Assembly (NCBI GenBank): GCA_965243025.1
Contig: CBDETY010000003.1
Coordinates: forward strand, 2,912,001 to 2,976,000
DNA length: 64,000 bases
Source: Candidatus Latescibacterota bacterium
Lineage (GTDB): Bacteria > Latescibacterota > UBA2968 > UBA8231
Direction: 5' to 3'
Shown one piece after another: positions 10,405 through 19,651 of the stretch (its first letter is position 1; every line of letters begins with the position of its first letter). The translations under genes were made by a program, and so were the position numbers. The notes under the pieces were generated by a model, which saw only the letters and a program-made list of their open reading frames with translations, was not told where the DNA came from and searched no databases.

Positions 10405-12230
10405 ACCGGGTTTTCGCCCTCCTGGCATTGTCCCCTGCCCTTATCGCTGCCGGCTCCGCAGCGGAAACGCGGACTGGTCCGGCCCCCTTTTTTGCCGATG
10501 CAACGCGTGAAGCCGGGATCGACTTCATCCACACCAGCGGCGCGGCGGGCCGCTACTACCTGATCGAGACGATGGGAGCGGGAGGCGGCTTCTTCGATTA
10601 CGACAGCGACGGTTACCTCGACATTTACCTCGTCGACGGCCACTCACTCCGGGGAATCTTGCAGGAATCGCCGCCGGTGAATCTGGTGGAAGAAACTGAA
10701 GGCCATTATTTCATCAGGCATACCGATGAGATAAAACTGGACGTGAGGCCCGAGCGAGCGGCAAGCAGTCTCGTTGCCCAAGTCGGTCAGCATGGACCTG
10801 CCAAGGTGAAGAACAGGCTCTACAGGAATGAGGGAGGAAGCAGCTTTGTAGAAGCGATGGCCGGAGCCGGCGACAGCGGCTATGGCATGGGATGCGCTAC
10901 CGGGGACTACGACAATGACGGCGATCCCGATCTCTATGTCGCGAACTACGGGCCGAACGCACTGTTCGAAAATGCAATTGCCGAGAGGGGTTCATTCGTC
11001 GAGGCAACCGGGAACACCGGTGCCGGCGACGCGCACTGGGGCGCGGGGGCCGCGTTCTTCGACTACGACAACGACGGCATGCTCGACCTCTACGTTGTCA
11101 ACTACGTCGACTTCCACGCAGGCAACAACCTGGTATGCGGGGTCGAAGATGCCAGCCTGCAGTCCGATGAGGGCACCCTCGTCCGCGTGCGCAAGGACCG
11201 GCGCAGTTATTGCAGTCCCGATCGCTACGGAGGCGCTCCGGATGTTCTCTACCGCAACACCGGACGCCGGTTCGAGGACGTGACGCGCCCGGCAGGGGTG
11301 TTCAGTATCGAGGGCAAGGGGCTCGGCGTCGTCACCGCAGACTACGACAGCGACGGCGATACCGATCTGTATGTCGCCAACGACGGGGTGAGGAACTTTC
11401 TCTACAGGAACGAGGGAGGAGGACGGTTTCGCGAGGTTGGCATGGTCGCCGGTGTTGCCTACAACGGGGACGGCAGGCCGGAAGCGGGGATGGGAGTGGA
11501 TTGGGGTGACTACGACGGCGATGCCGACTACGACCTGTTCGTCACGAACTACTCGAAGCAGACGAATACCTTGTACCGCAACGAGGGAAGCCGCTTCGGC
11601 GATGTGACCTCGCTGTTGCAGCTGGCCGAAAGCAGCTACAAGCCTCTCGGCTTCGGCACCTTCTTCTTCGAGGCGGACAACGACGGCGACCTCGACCTTT
11701 TCGTCGCCAATGGCCATGTACAGGACAAAGTCCGGTACATCGCCGGCAACCAGGGGATATCGTACGAGCAGCCGAACCAGCTATTCGAAAACAATTCCGG
11801 CAGGGCCTTTGTCGATGTCTCTGAAAACAGCGGACCCGGTCTCGAACCGGCGTTCGTGTCCCGGGGCGGCGCCTACGGGGATTACGACAACGACGGCGAC
11901 CTGGACATTCTGGTGACCAACTGCAACGGCCCGGCGCAACTGCTTCGCAACGATCTGGCAGGGTCCAGGAACTGGCTGTCCGTGCGTCTTGTGGGCGCGG
12001 TGATGACGGATGCGGTCGGATCGAGGATAGCGGTGGACTGCAATGGCGCAACGCAGGTTCGCGAAGTCAGGTCGAGCGGCAGTTACGGATCGGCGAACGA
12101 CATCCGTCAGCACTTCGGACTCGGTGACTGCGGGGTTGTGGAGAGCCTGGAAATCATCTGGCACGATGGTACGCTGCAAGTGATGGACGGGCTGGCTGCG
12201 AATCAGTTCCTCACGATCGAGCAGCAGTAG
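10401..12230 (+). CDS. CRTAC1 family protein (FG-GAP repeats + ASPIC/UnbV)
   Basis: Signal peptide, ETMGAGGGFFDYDSDG, YCSP, repeated FG-GAP motifs and an HFGLG...W ASPIC tail. GTGA overlap with the previous gene. Confidence 0.9.
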   Translation: MNRVFALLALSPALIAAGSAAETRTGPAPFFADATREAGIDFIHTSGAAGRYYLIETMGAGGGFFDYDSDGYLDIYLVDGHSLRGILQESPPVNLVEETEGHYFIRHTDEIKLDVRPERAASSLVAQVGQHGPAKVKNRLYRNEGGSSFVEAMAGAGDSGYGMGCATGDYDNDGDPDLYVANYGPNALFENAIAERGSFVEATGNTGAGDAHWGAGAAFFDYDNDGMLDLYVVNYVDFHAGNNLVCGVEDASLQSDEGTLVRVRKDRRSYCSPDRYGGAPDVLYRNTGRRFEDVTRPAGVFSIEGKGLGVVTADYDSDGDTDLYVANDGVRNFLYRNEGGGRFREVGMVAGVAYNGDGRPEAGMGVDWGDYDGDADYDLFVTNYSKQTNTLYRNEGSRFGDVTSLLQLAESSYKPLGFGTFFFEADNDGDLDLFVANGHVQDKVRYIAGNQGISYEQPNQLFENNSGRAFVDVSENSGPGLEPAFVSRGGAYGDYDNDGDLDILVTNCNGPAQLLRNDLAGSRNWLSVRLVGAVMTDAVGSRIAVDCNGATQVREVRSSGSYGSANDIRQHFGLGDCGVVESLEIIWHDGTLQVMDGLAANQFLTIEQQ

Positions 12231-12336
12231 AGGACATGGGGCACGGTCCCGGGGAATTTGACCGCCCGGTTCTACTGCGACGTGCTCCTGGACTCGTATC
12301 GCCGGGAGTTCAGGCGACGCTCCGGCGAAAGCATGT

Positions 12337-13560
12337 CTACTCGTGGACCTTGATCCAGTGATTGCGCATCTGCAGCGGCAGGTCCCGGCCCCGCTGACCG
12401 ACTACGCGCAGTGCCGTGGTCTGTCGGGGCATGTGGCAATCGATGCAGTTCGCTGCCCCCCCTGCCTCCGCCATGGGAATTTCGGTACAATGCCGACCGG
12501 ACGACGAGGTGTGACACTGCAGGCAGCGCTGTGAGAAGAAGGCGATCTCGTCCCGCTGGTTCCTGTGAGGGTCGTGGCACGTCGTGCACGTCATCGATGG
12601 CGTGCGCTTGAAGCACTGGCTCATCGTCAGGAAGGGCGCCTGGGTCGCATGGGGATCGGTGTCCCGAAAATCGACCACCGCGGGCTCGATGAAATCGGAG
12701 TAGGTGTCCCCAGGCTGAAAACTGAAGGGGGTGCGCAATACGGCTCCCGGCGGGGTGTGGCAGAACCCGCAGACCTGGACCTGCTGAGTCTGCGTGAGGT
12801 CCCGGATTCTTGTTATGTGGCGCCCGGTTTCATCGTCCGGGTTTTCGCGGTGGTAGCGAACATGCTGCGCTGAACGGCCGTGACATTTCGCGCACGATAT
12901 GGGAAGCACGAAGGTTTCTTTCTCGAACAAAAAGGAATCGGCGGAATGCAGGTATTCGTCCAGGGGACGCGCCGGTCCTGAGTACTGCGTCGTTTTTCTC
13001 ACTTCGAAATGTCCCGAGTGGCAGTCCAGGCAGGCCGCCGATACGGGTCGACCGCCCTGCATCGTCGCCAGGTGACCGTAGATCCCGGGCCCGAACGCCC
13101 ACGCCCCGGCGCCAGTGTAATACGAGAGCGGGTTGAGGAAGAGCCTGTCTCCTTCCCACCGCAGATAAGCCTTGGCGAACTTGCCGGAACCCAGCTCGAG
13201 ATCGAGGCTCAGGCGGTCCAGCTCCTCGGGCCCGTTCTTCCCCGAAACGAAGATCTGCTGTTCGTACCCCGCCCCGGTGATCGCCAGCCGGAAAAAGGCG
13301 CTGTTCGCAGTATCTTTCTTGACGTAGAAGAACTCGTTTTTTTCTCCGAACTGCTCATCGAGCAGACCAGGCTCGACCACGCGCATCGCCTGCGCGTGCG
13401 ACGTCTGCAGGTAGCCGTCGGAAACGGACTCATGGCAACCGCGACATGCCTCCGGTGTCAGAAAATCATCCGACGAAGGGTCCGCGGCGGCGGCCGGTTC
13501 CCCGGCTCCGTTCTCAGCGGCCAGGAACGCGAGCCATGCCAGTACTGATGCAACGCGCAT
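12337..13560 (-). CDS. multiheme c-type cytochrome (7 CxxCH)
   Basis: Signal peptide and CRGCH, CLDCH, CAKCH, CGFCH, CTTCH, CLQCH, CIDCH, with a CHMP...H.I C-terminal pattern. Confidence 0.9.
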   Translation of the reverse strand: MRVASVLAWLAFLAAENGAGEPAAAADPSSDDFLTPEACRGCHESVSDGYLQTSHAQAMRVVEPGLLDEQFGEKNEFFYVKKDTANSAFFRLAITGAGYEQQIFVSGKNGPEELDRLSLDLELGSGKFAKAYLRWEGDRLFLNPLSYYTGAGAWAFGPGIYGHLATMQGGRPVSAACLDCHSGHFEVRKTTQYSGPARPLDEYLHSADSFLFEKETFVLPISCAKCHGRSAQHVRYHRENPDDETGRHITRIRDLTQTQQVQVCGFCHTPPGAVLRTPFSFQPGDTYSDFIEPAVVDFRDTDPHATQAPFLTMSQCFKRTPSMTCTTCHDPHRNQRDEIAFFSQRCLQCHTSSSGRHCTEIPMAEAGGAANCIDCHMPRQTTALRVVGQRGRDLPLQMRNHWIKVHE

Positions 13561-13580
13561 ACGGGTAAATAGTCGAAGGT

Positions 13581-15164
13581 TTGGGACCAGATCAATCGGG
13601 GAACTCTCGCGGCTCTTTTCGGGGCACCCTGCTCGCCCTGCTCGCGGGTGTTGGCTTCGTCCTCATGCTCGAAGCTTCGCTGCAGCTCCTGAAGGTGGGC
13701 CCGGCGAACAGCCTGTTCCTGAGGACCGGCAGCGACGGCGAAATCCGCTACGTTGCCAATCGCGAGGCCGCCCATCGTTTCTTCCAGCCACGGTACCGGC
13801 GCGATTTTGGGGGCGGGGCCAGTTTCACGGAGCCCAAGCCCGCGAATACGGTGCGCATCTTCATCCTCGGCGCATCCACGGTCGTCGGCTTTCCCAACCC
13901 TTCCCAGACAGCGTTCCCGCGCTTTCTCGAGCAGATGCTGGCGGACCTCTACGCTTCACAGCGCTTCGAGGTCATCAACTGCGGCCTGACTGCGATCAAC
14001 AGTTTCTGTGTGCTCGATTTCGTCGAGGAAGTCGTCGACTATGCACCCGATCTGATCGTCCTCTACACAGGTCACAACGAGTTTGTCGGGCCCTACGGGA
14101 TTACAACCCCCTTCACGAGATTCGGCAACGACTGGTATGGGATCCGGGTCTTCATGAATCTTCAGCGCTCCAAGATCCACTACGGCCTCAAACGCCTGAT
14201 TTCGTGGGGGACTGAAAAATCTTCCAGGGAGCCCTTCGGCCTGCACCTTGTCGGCCGGGAGATCGGGCCGCACGACGAGGGATACGAAACGACGGGACGG
14301 AACTTCCGGCGCAACCTCGAAGAGATACTGGCGATCGCAGACCGACGCGCCGTACCGGTGGCCCTGTCGACACTCGTTTCGAACCTCAAGGACTTTCACC
14401 CGCTGCGTTCGGAGTGCGATGGCTCCGGTGTTTCAAACCGGATCGAACGTCTGCTGCACGACGGCGACCTCGCGGAGGCCGGGAGGCTCGCCGCAAACGC
14501 ATTGGAGGAGCACCCGGACTGTGCGGACATCCACTTCCAATTGGGGCAGGTGCACTACAGGAAGGGGGAGTATTCCCAGGCCGCCGAGGCGTTCGCTTCA
14601 GCCCGCGACCTCGACCGGATGCCGTTCCGCGCGCCGACATCCTTCAACCGGGTGATCCACGATCTGGTCGCCGGAAGCGGGGGACGGGTGCTTCTCAACG
14701 ACGTGGAAGCAGCGTTCGCCGCGGCCTCGCCCAACCGGATCGTCGGCAACGAGCTGATTACGGAGTACCTGCACCCGACGGTATACGGACATTACCTGAT
14801 AGCCAGAACGCTGGCAGAGACGCTCGCAGAGAGCCGAATCAGCGGCGCATGGGGCTCCCCCCGGACAGGGGGACTGTCGGACTACGCGAGCTATGCGCAG
14901 CGGCTCGGGTATTTCTTGCCGGACCAGGTGTTCAACCGCAACTACCTCATACGGTTTCTCGGCAGCCTTCCGTACAGGGAGCAACCCGCGTCGTTGCGCA
15001 GGCAAATGGTTGCGCTGATACGGGAGCAGGCGCTGCAGGTCTCCCGCCTCGACCCGACATCTCGACAGGTTTTCGAACAGCGTGGCGAGATGGCCTTCCT
15101 GCGATCGATGGTGGATTCCCTGCTTCCGGAGGACCGGGAGAAACTGGGGCCTCTGCTAGAGTAG
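13581..15164 (+). CDS. SGNH/GDSL hydrolase family protein with TPR, N-terminal membrane anchor
   Basis: IFILGAST (block I), EVINCG, YTGHNEF, an internal TPR and EYLHP (block V-like). Confidence 0.8.
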   Translation: MGPDQSGNSRGSFRGTLLALLAGVGFVLMLEASLQLLKVGPANSLFLRTGSDGEIRYVANREAAHRFFQPRYRRDFGGGASFTEPKPANTVRIFILGASTVVGFPNPSQTAFPRFLEQMLADLYASQRFEVINCGLTAINSFCVLDFVEEVVDYAPDLIVLYTGHNEFVGPYGITTPFTRFGNDWYGIRVFMNLQRSKIHYGLKRLISWGTEKSSREPFGLHLVGREIGPHDEGYETTGRNFRRNLEEILAIADRRAVPVALSTLVSNLKDFHPLRSECDGSGVSNRIERLLHDGDLAEAGRLAANALEEHPDCADIHFQLGQVHYRKGEYSQAAEAFASARDLDRMPFRAPTSFNRVIHDLVAGSGGRVLLNDVEAAFAAASPNRIVGNELITEYLHPTVYGHYLIARTLAETLAESRISGAWGSPRTGGLSDYASYAQRLGYFLPDQVFNRNYLIRFLGSLPYREQPASLRRQMVALIREQALQVSRLDPTSRQVFEQRGEMAFLRSMVDSLLPEDREKLGPLLE

Positions 15165-15171
15165 GAGATCC

Positions 15172-16881
15172 TCATTCGGGGCGCTTATTCGAGGTCTTCT
15201 CGCGGATGAGCCGGGCCCGCTCGAGCAAGGGCCCGGCCTCGTCGTTGCGGCCCTGGGCGCGGTAAAGCGCCGCGAGGTTCCCGAGCGCCCGGGCAACCTC
15301 GACCCGGTCGGTCCCCAGCTTCTTCTCGTAGATGTATAGGGCGCGCTCGAGAAACTGCTCCGCCTCGCCGTAGCGCCCCTGCAGGCGGCAGATTCCGGCG
15401 AGGTTGTTGAGAGCTGCTGCTACCGCCGGGTGATCCGGGCCGAACCTCTTCTCCTGGATCGCGAGGACGCGGCCGAGCGTGGAACCGGACTGATCGAAGC
15501 GGCCGGCGGCGTGGTAGAGCCCGGCAAGACTGTTCAACAACGGGGGTATCCCGGGGTGGTCGGGACCCAGCGCATCCTCCTGGATGGCGACCGCCCTCAC
15601 GAGCAGGGACTCCGCCCGGGCATGCCGCTCCTGCCCGATGTAGAAGGCAACCAGGGTCTGCAGCGACTCCGCCGCATGCGGATGCCCGGGCACAAGCATC
15701 TCCTGCCGGATCTCCAGGGCTCTTCTGTACGCCGCCTCGGCCTCCCCGAGCCGGCCGCGCCCGGCTAGGAACGCCCCCAGCTCCGCGAGCGACGCGGCGA
15801 CGTCGGGATGGTCCGGGCCCATGGCCTTTTCACGGATGGCGACCGACCGCCTGAACATGGCCTCGGCCTCGGCATGCCGGCCCTGATCGCGGCGAAACAC
15901 CGCCAGCGACAGCAGGTAGGCCGCCACCTCGAAGTGGCCGGGTCCGAGCTCCTTTTCATAGATGGCAAGGGCGCGCTCGTACAGGGGTTCGGCCTCGTCG
16001 TAGCGGTTCAGGGCGTGGTGGAGGGTGGCGAGGTTGGTCAGCGACTGCGCCACGTCCGGGTGCTCCGGCCCGTGGGCCTTCTCCCGAATCTCCAGGACAC
16101 GCTCGTAGAGCGGCTCCGCCTCCTCGTACTGGCCGCGGGCAAAATACAGGCCCGCTAGGTTGCTCAAGGTCTTCGCCACCCCGGGATGATCGGGACCGAA
16201 GGACTTCCTGTAGATCGCCAGGGACCGCCCCAAGGCCGCTTCCGCCTTTCCCAGGCGGCCCTGGTCGGAGTAGAGCAGGGCCAGGCTGTTGAGGACCGGC
16301 GCCAGATCGGCATGGTCGGTTCCCAGCGCCCTGGCGCGTATGTCGAGGGCGCGCGCGTAGAGGGGCTCGGCCTTGACGTTGAGTCCCTGGGCCCGGTACA
16401 TGCCGGCGAGATTGTGCAGCGCCGTCGCCACCCGGGGATGGTCCGGCCCCAGGGATTTCTCGAGAATGGCCAGCGCCCTCCCGTAGGCCGCCTCGGTTTC
16501 AGGGTAGCGGTCCTGGTCGTAGTAGAGCAGCCCCAGGTTGTTCAGCGTCTGCGCCAGCTCGGTATGGTCCGGGCCGAGGGCCTTCTCCTGCAGGGCGGCC
16601 GCCCGCAGGAAAAGCGGCTCCGCCCTGGAGTACTCGTCCCTGACGTAGTAGAGAAGCCCGAGATTGTTCAGGCTGGCCGGGAGGCGGGAGTCCTCCGAAC
16701 CGAGCCTCTCCGCGATCGCGAGGGCTTCCTGCCAGGAGGTCTCCGCGCCGGCGTAGTCCCCCGCCTCGAACAGGGACCATCCACTCCCGGTGGCGGTCTC
16801 CCAGTCTCCGTTCCGGCCTGCGGCCGGCAGCGCCAGGAGAACGCACCCGACTGCGGCGAGGAACCCGGCCTTGCGCCCCAT
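15172..16881 (-). CDS. tetratricopeptide repeat protein with kinesin-light-chain-type 42-aa repeats
   Basis: About a dozen tandem repeats of the type LGPDHPxVAxxLNNLAxLY..QG.Y.EAE.LY.RAL.I.EK. Signal-like start MGRKAGFLAAVG at 16881, coupled by TGATG to the upstream gene. Confidence 0.88.
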   Translation of the reverse strand: MGRKAGFLAAVGCVLLALPAAGRNGDWETATGSGWSLFEAGDYAGAETSWQEALAIAERLGSEDSRLPASLNNLGLLYYVRDEYSRAEPLFLRAAALQEKALGPDHTELAQTLNNLGLLYYDQDRYPETEAAYGRALAILEKSLGPDHPRVATALHNLAGMYRAQGLNVKAEPLYARALDIRARALGTDHADLAPVLNSLALLYSDQGRLGKAEAALGRSLAIYRKSFGPDHPGVAKTLSNLAGLYFARGQYEEAEPLYERVLEIREKAHGPEHPDVAQSLTNLATLHHALNRYDEAEPLYERALAIYEKELGPGHFEVAAYLLSLAVFRRDQGRHAEAEAMFRRSVAIREKAMGPDHPDVAASLAELGAFLAGRGRLGEAEAAYRRALEIRQEMLVPGHPHAAESLQTLVAFYIGQERHARAESLLVRAVAIQEDALGPDHPGIPPLLNSLAGLYHAAGRFDQSGSTLGRVLAIQEKRFGPDHPAVAAALNNLAGICRLQGRYGEAEQFLERALYIYEKKLGTDRVEVARALGNLAALYRAQGRNDEAGPLLERARLIREKTSNKRPE

Positions 16882-17951
16882 CAGTTCCCCTCGAGCCGGT
16901 CCCGCAGCCAGGGCTCGAGCCTGGCCGCCACGAGCCCGGCGATGCGCCGGTTTGTGCGCGCCGTGGGATGGACCCGGTCGTGGAAGAGTCCGGCGAGGGG
17001 ATGGATCGCCGCCATGGCCTGGATCGCCGGCACCGTGTCGATGCATCCGTCGGCCCCGCCCGGGCCGAAACGGATGCTCCTGCAGTAGTCCCCCGCCTCA
17101 ATCTGGTAGGACGACCGCCTTCCGGGGGGCCCGGTGAGGTTGTTGCGGTGGGGCCCGACGATGATCAGGAGCTCCACCCCCCGCCTGCCCGTCGATTCGC
17201 GAACCCGCGCCAGCAGGCCGCGGAATTCGTCAGGGCGCAGCCGCGGACGCTTGCCCGGGCTGGCCTGGCCCTTTCCTTCCGACGGAGCCGGGGAGGCGGC
17301 GGCCTGCCACAGCATGCGGGCGATCCGGCTCCAGCGCAGGGGCCGGACCGGCAGCTGCGCCTGCAGGGCCTCGTACTGCTGCGGATCGCTCATGCCCCCC
17401 CAGGACGCCCCTTCGTTCCAGCCGAAGTAAACGACGACGACATCAGGCTCATACCCGTACCCCTCCGTTTCCAGGAACCTCCAGCCCTGGAAGAGTGTGT
17501 AGCCCGGAACTCCGGCGTTGATGCACTCGACCGCGGCCCCGGGAATCCCGGAGCGCAGGCTGTCCTCGACTCCCTGCACGAACGATTCGGCGTGGCTCAG
17601 GTATTCCCCGAAGGTGCAGGAATCCCCGAGAAACAGGATGCGGATCTCCCCTTCCCCTTTCGTTATCGGGATCTCGTGGTCCTCGCGCAGGCCTTGGTCG
17701 TTCGACAGGATGCCGAACAGAGGCCCGGAGGCGTCGGGCCGTTCCAGGCCGGGCCTGAGGCGCCAGAAGAGCTCGGGGTCGTTGGCGAACAGCTCCTCGG
17801 CCGGCACGGCGTTGACGCGCTCGGCGATGTCGGCGAACTGCCGCCACACCACCATCGGGCGGTGCGGGACGAAGAGCCGCAGCGCGACCTCGCCCAGCGC
17901 CAGGGCGGCGAGGGTTGCCGCGGCGGCGAGCGCGATCCGGGACCATACCAT
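16881..17951 (-). CDS. SGNH/GDSL hydrolase family protein
   Basis: ILFLGDSCTFG, INAGVPGY, FGWNE and DRVHP catalytic blocks, with an N-terminal TM/signal segment. Confidence 0.88.
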   Translation of the reverse strand: MVWSRIALAAAATLAALALGEVALRLFVPHRPMVVWRQFADIAERVNAVPAEELFANDPELFWRLRPGLERPDASGPLFGILSNDQGLREDHEIPITKGEGEIRILFLGDSCTFGEYLSHAESFVQGVEDSLRSGIPGAAVECINAGVPGYTLFQGWRFLETEGYGYEPDVVVVYFGWNEGASWGGMSDPQQYEALQAQLPVRPLRWSRIARMLWQAAASPAPSEGKGQASPGKRPRLRPDEFRGLLARVRESTGRRGVELLIIVGPHRNNLTGPPGRRSSYQIEAGDYCRSIRFGPGGADGCIDTVPAIQAMAAIHPLAGLFHDRVHPTARTNRRIAGLVAARLEPWLRDRLEGN

Positions 17952-17969
17952 CCCTCTGCCCCTTCAGTT

Positions 17970-19601
17970 TTAATCGGCGAATACCTGCACTTTGTGCCGC
18001 TCCCGAAGGAGCTCGACGAACTCCGCGAACGAGCGTTGATACCTGTCCAACTTGACATACGCTCGGGCCCGCTTCTGCGAGGTTTCGTTGAAGGGCTTGA
18101 CCTGAGAGGGTGTACGCTCGACGACCTTGAACACGGACCAGCCGTCCTCGAGCTCGACCGGACCGCCGATTTCTCCGACGCCGAGCTGCCTGGCGCCCTC
18201 GAACAGGGGGGCGCCGTAATGGAACTGGGTCCCTTTGTTCAGGGTGATGAGACCGTCGTGGTGGTCGAGTCCCGCTCGTGTGGTGTGCTGCCTCGCCAGC
18301 TCTCCGGCATCCCCGCCGGCATCCAACTCTCTCCGCAACTCCTCGGCGCGCTGCCTGTCGTCGACCATGATTTCGGTGACCTTTATCGTCTCCCAGGTCA
18401 GGAACTTCCCGGGGTGGTCCCGGTAAAATCCTTCAGCCTCCTGGAAGGTGGTTTCCGGTATGCGATCGTCCACTTCGCGTCTCTTCAGGGTGCTGACAAG
18501 CATGTTCTGCTTCTCATTCTCCAGCCATTGCAGCGTGGATTCCTCCGTATCGAGACCGAGTGTCTTGGCGGCTTCGAGGTACAGGGCAAAGGGGATGACC
18601 CTGGCATTCAGCATCCCCTCAATCCAGGAAGGGTTGGAAAGGTTGGTAACCCCGTCCTTGCTGCGGCTGACGACGGACTGGAAGTCATCGATCCTGATCT
18701 CCCCCCCCCTGTAGGTGCACACCGGCAGTGCTTTCACCTCGTCCGTCAGCCCTTCCCTGAGGAACCTTTCCGAGGCGGCTGCTATGTTCTTTGTTTGAAT
18801 CTCGGGAGCATAGTGCTCGCGCAACGAGTCGAGGACCACCCGCTCTCTCTCGGCTCGTTTGCGAATGAAGATCTCCTCCTTGACCTCGTCGACGACGGCT
18901 TCGATACCGACGGAAATGGAATCGAGAATCTTGAAGACGCCAAAATGCTGTTTGCCCTTGAAGGGAAAAGGCAATGGCTCCGACAGGGATCCGACCTCGA
19001 GCCGAAAGATCGGCTGGATGGGGGGATTGGTCTCATCCCTGAGCATGTACAGACCGGTGTCCCCTCCCTGATCCCGGGTTTTCTCGAACAGGCTGTGCTT
19101 CCTTGCGAGCTCGGCAAAGTCAGCGCCTTCATCGGCAAGCTGTAAAATTTCCCGGGCTTCCTCTTCCGTTTCCACGAGAATACCGGCAAAACGCAGCGCC
19201 CGGTCCCGGTGAGTTGCCCTGAAACGCTCTTCCAGTTCCTCTTCCGCAATCGAGACCGGCGCACTGATCCGGGCGGTGGTGTACAGATTGACGACATGGG
19301 CGTTGACCCTTTCCTGCAGCCGCCTCTTGAACCAGTCCTCGTCCTGGATATTGCGATGCCGCGCTTCGGCAAGCATAACGGTCTTGTCGATCAGCGCGCG
19401 CAGCAGCGCACTGTCCCGCTGTGTCTCCGTCAGATCGGCTGAAAGTGCTTTGGCCCCCAGCAGCTCGAAGCCTCTCAGGTCCTCCGCTGTGATTTTCCGC
19501 TCCCCCACCGAGGCGAGGACGGTTTCGTCGGCAGCCTGCGCCGTAAAGGCGATGCCAGAAAAGAAGGCGGCGGCGAGTACACGCAGGCGGATGTCGTTCA
19601 T
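17970..19601 (-). CDS. PpiC-type peptidyl-prolyl isomerase / SurA-PrsA-like foldase with two rotamase domains
   Basis: Signal peptide MNDIRLRVLAAAFF, then ILVETEEEA...GADFAELARKHS...GGDTG and a second similar domain (IMVDD...ELARQHT...GPVELEDGWSVFKV). Confidence 0.85.
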   Translation of the reverse strand: MNDIRLRVLAAAFFSGIAFTAQAADETVLASVGERKITAEDLRGFELLGAKALSADLTETQRDSALLRALIDKTVMLAEARHRNIQDEDWFKRRLQERVNAHVVNLYTTARISAPVSIAEEELEERFRATHRDRALRFAGILVETEEEAREILQLADEGADFAELARKHSLFEKTRDQGGDTGLYMLRDETNPPIQPIFRLEVGSLSEPLPFPFKGKQHFGVFKILDSISVGIEAVVDEVKEEIFIRKRAERERVVLDSLREHYAPEIQTKNIAAASERFLREGLTDEVKALPVCTYRGGEIRIDDFQSVVSRSKDGVTNLSNPSWIEGMLNARVIPFALYLEAAKTLGLDTEESTLQWLENEKQNMLVSTLKRREVDDRIPETTFQEAEGFYRDHPGKFLTWETIKVTEIMVDDRQRAEELRRELDAGGDAGELARQHTTRAGLDHHDGLITLNKGTQFHYGAPLFEGARQLGVGEIGGPVELEDGWSVFKVVERTPSQVKPFNETSQKRARAYVKLDRYQRSFAEFVELLRERHKVQVFAD

Positions 19602-19651
19602 GTTCGAGCTCCCGGGTTTTCCTTTTGCTTGTTGGTTGTTGCAGTCACGAC

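Noticed and set aside
15172-16881. CRISPR-like periodic repeats
   Set aside because: The periodicity is degenerate 126-bp coding TPR units, not identical repeats with unique spacers.
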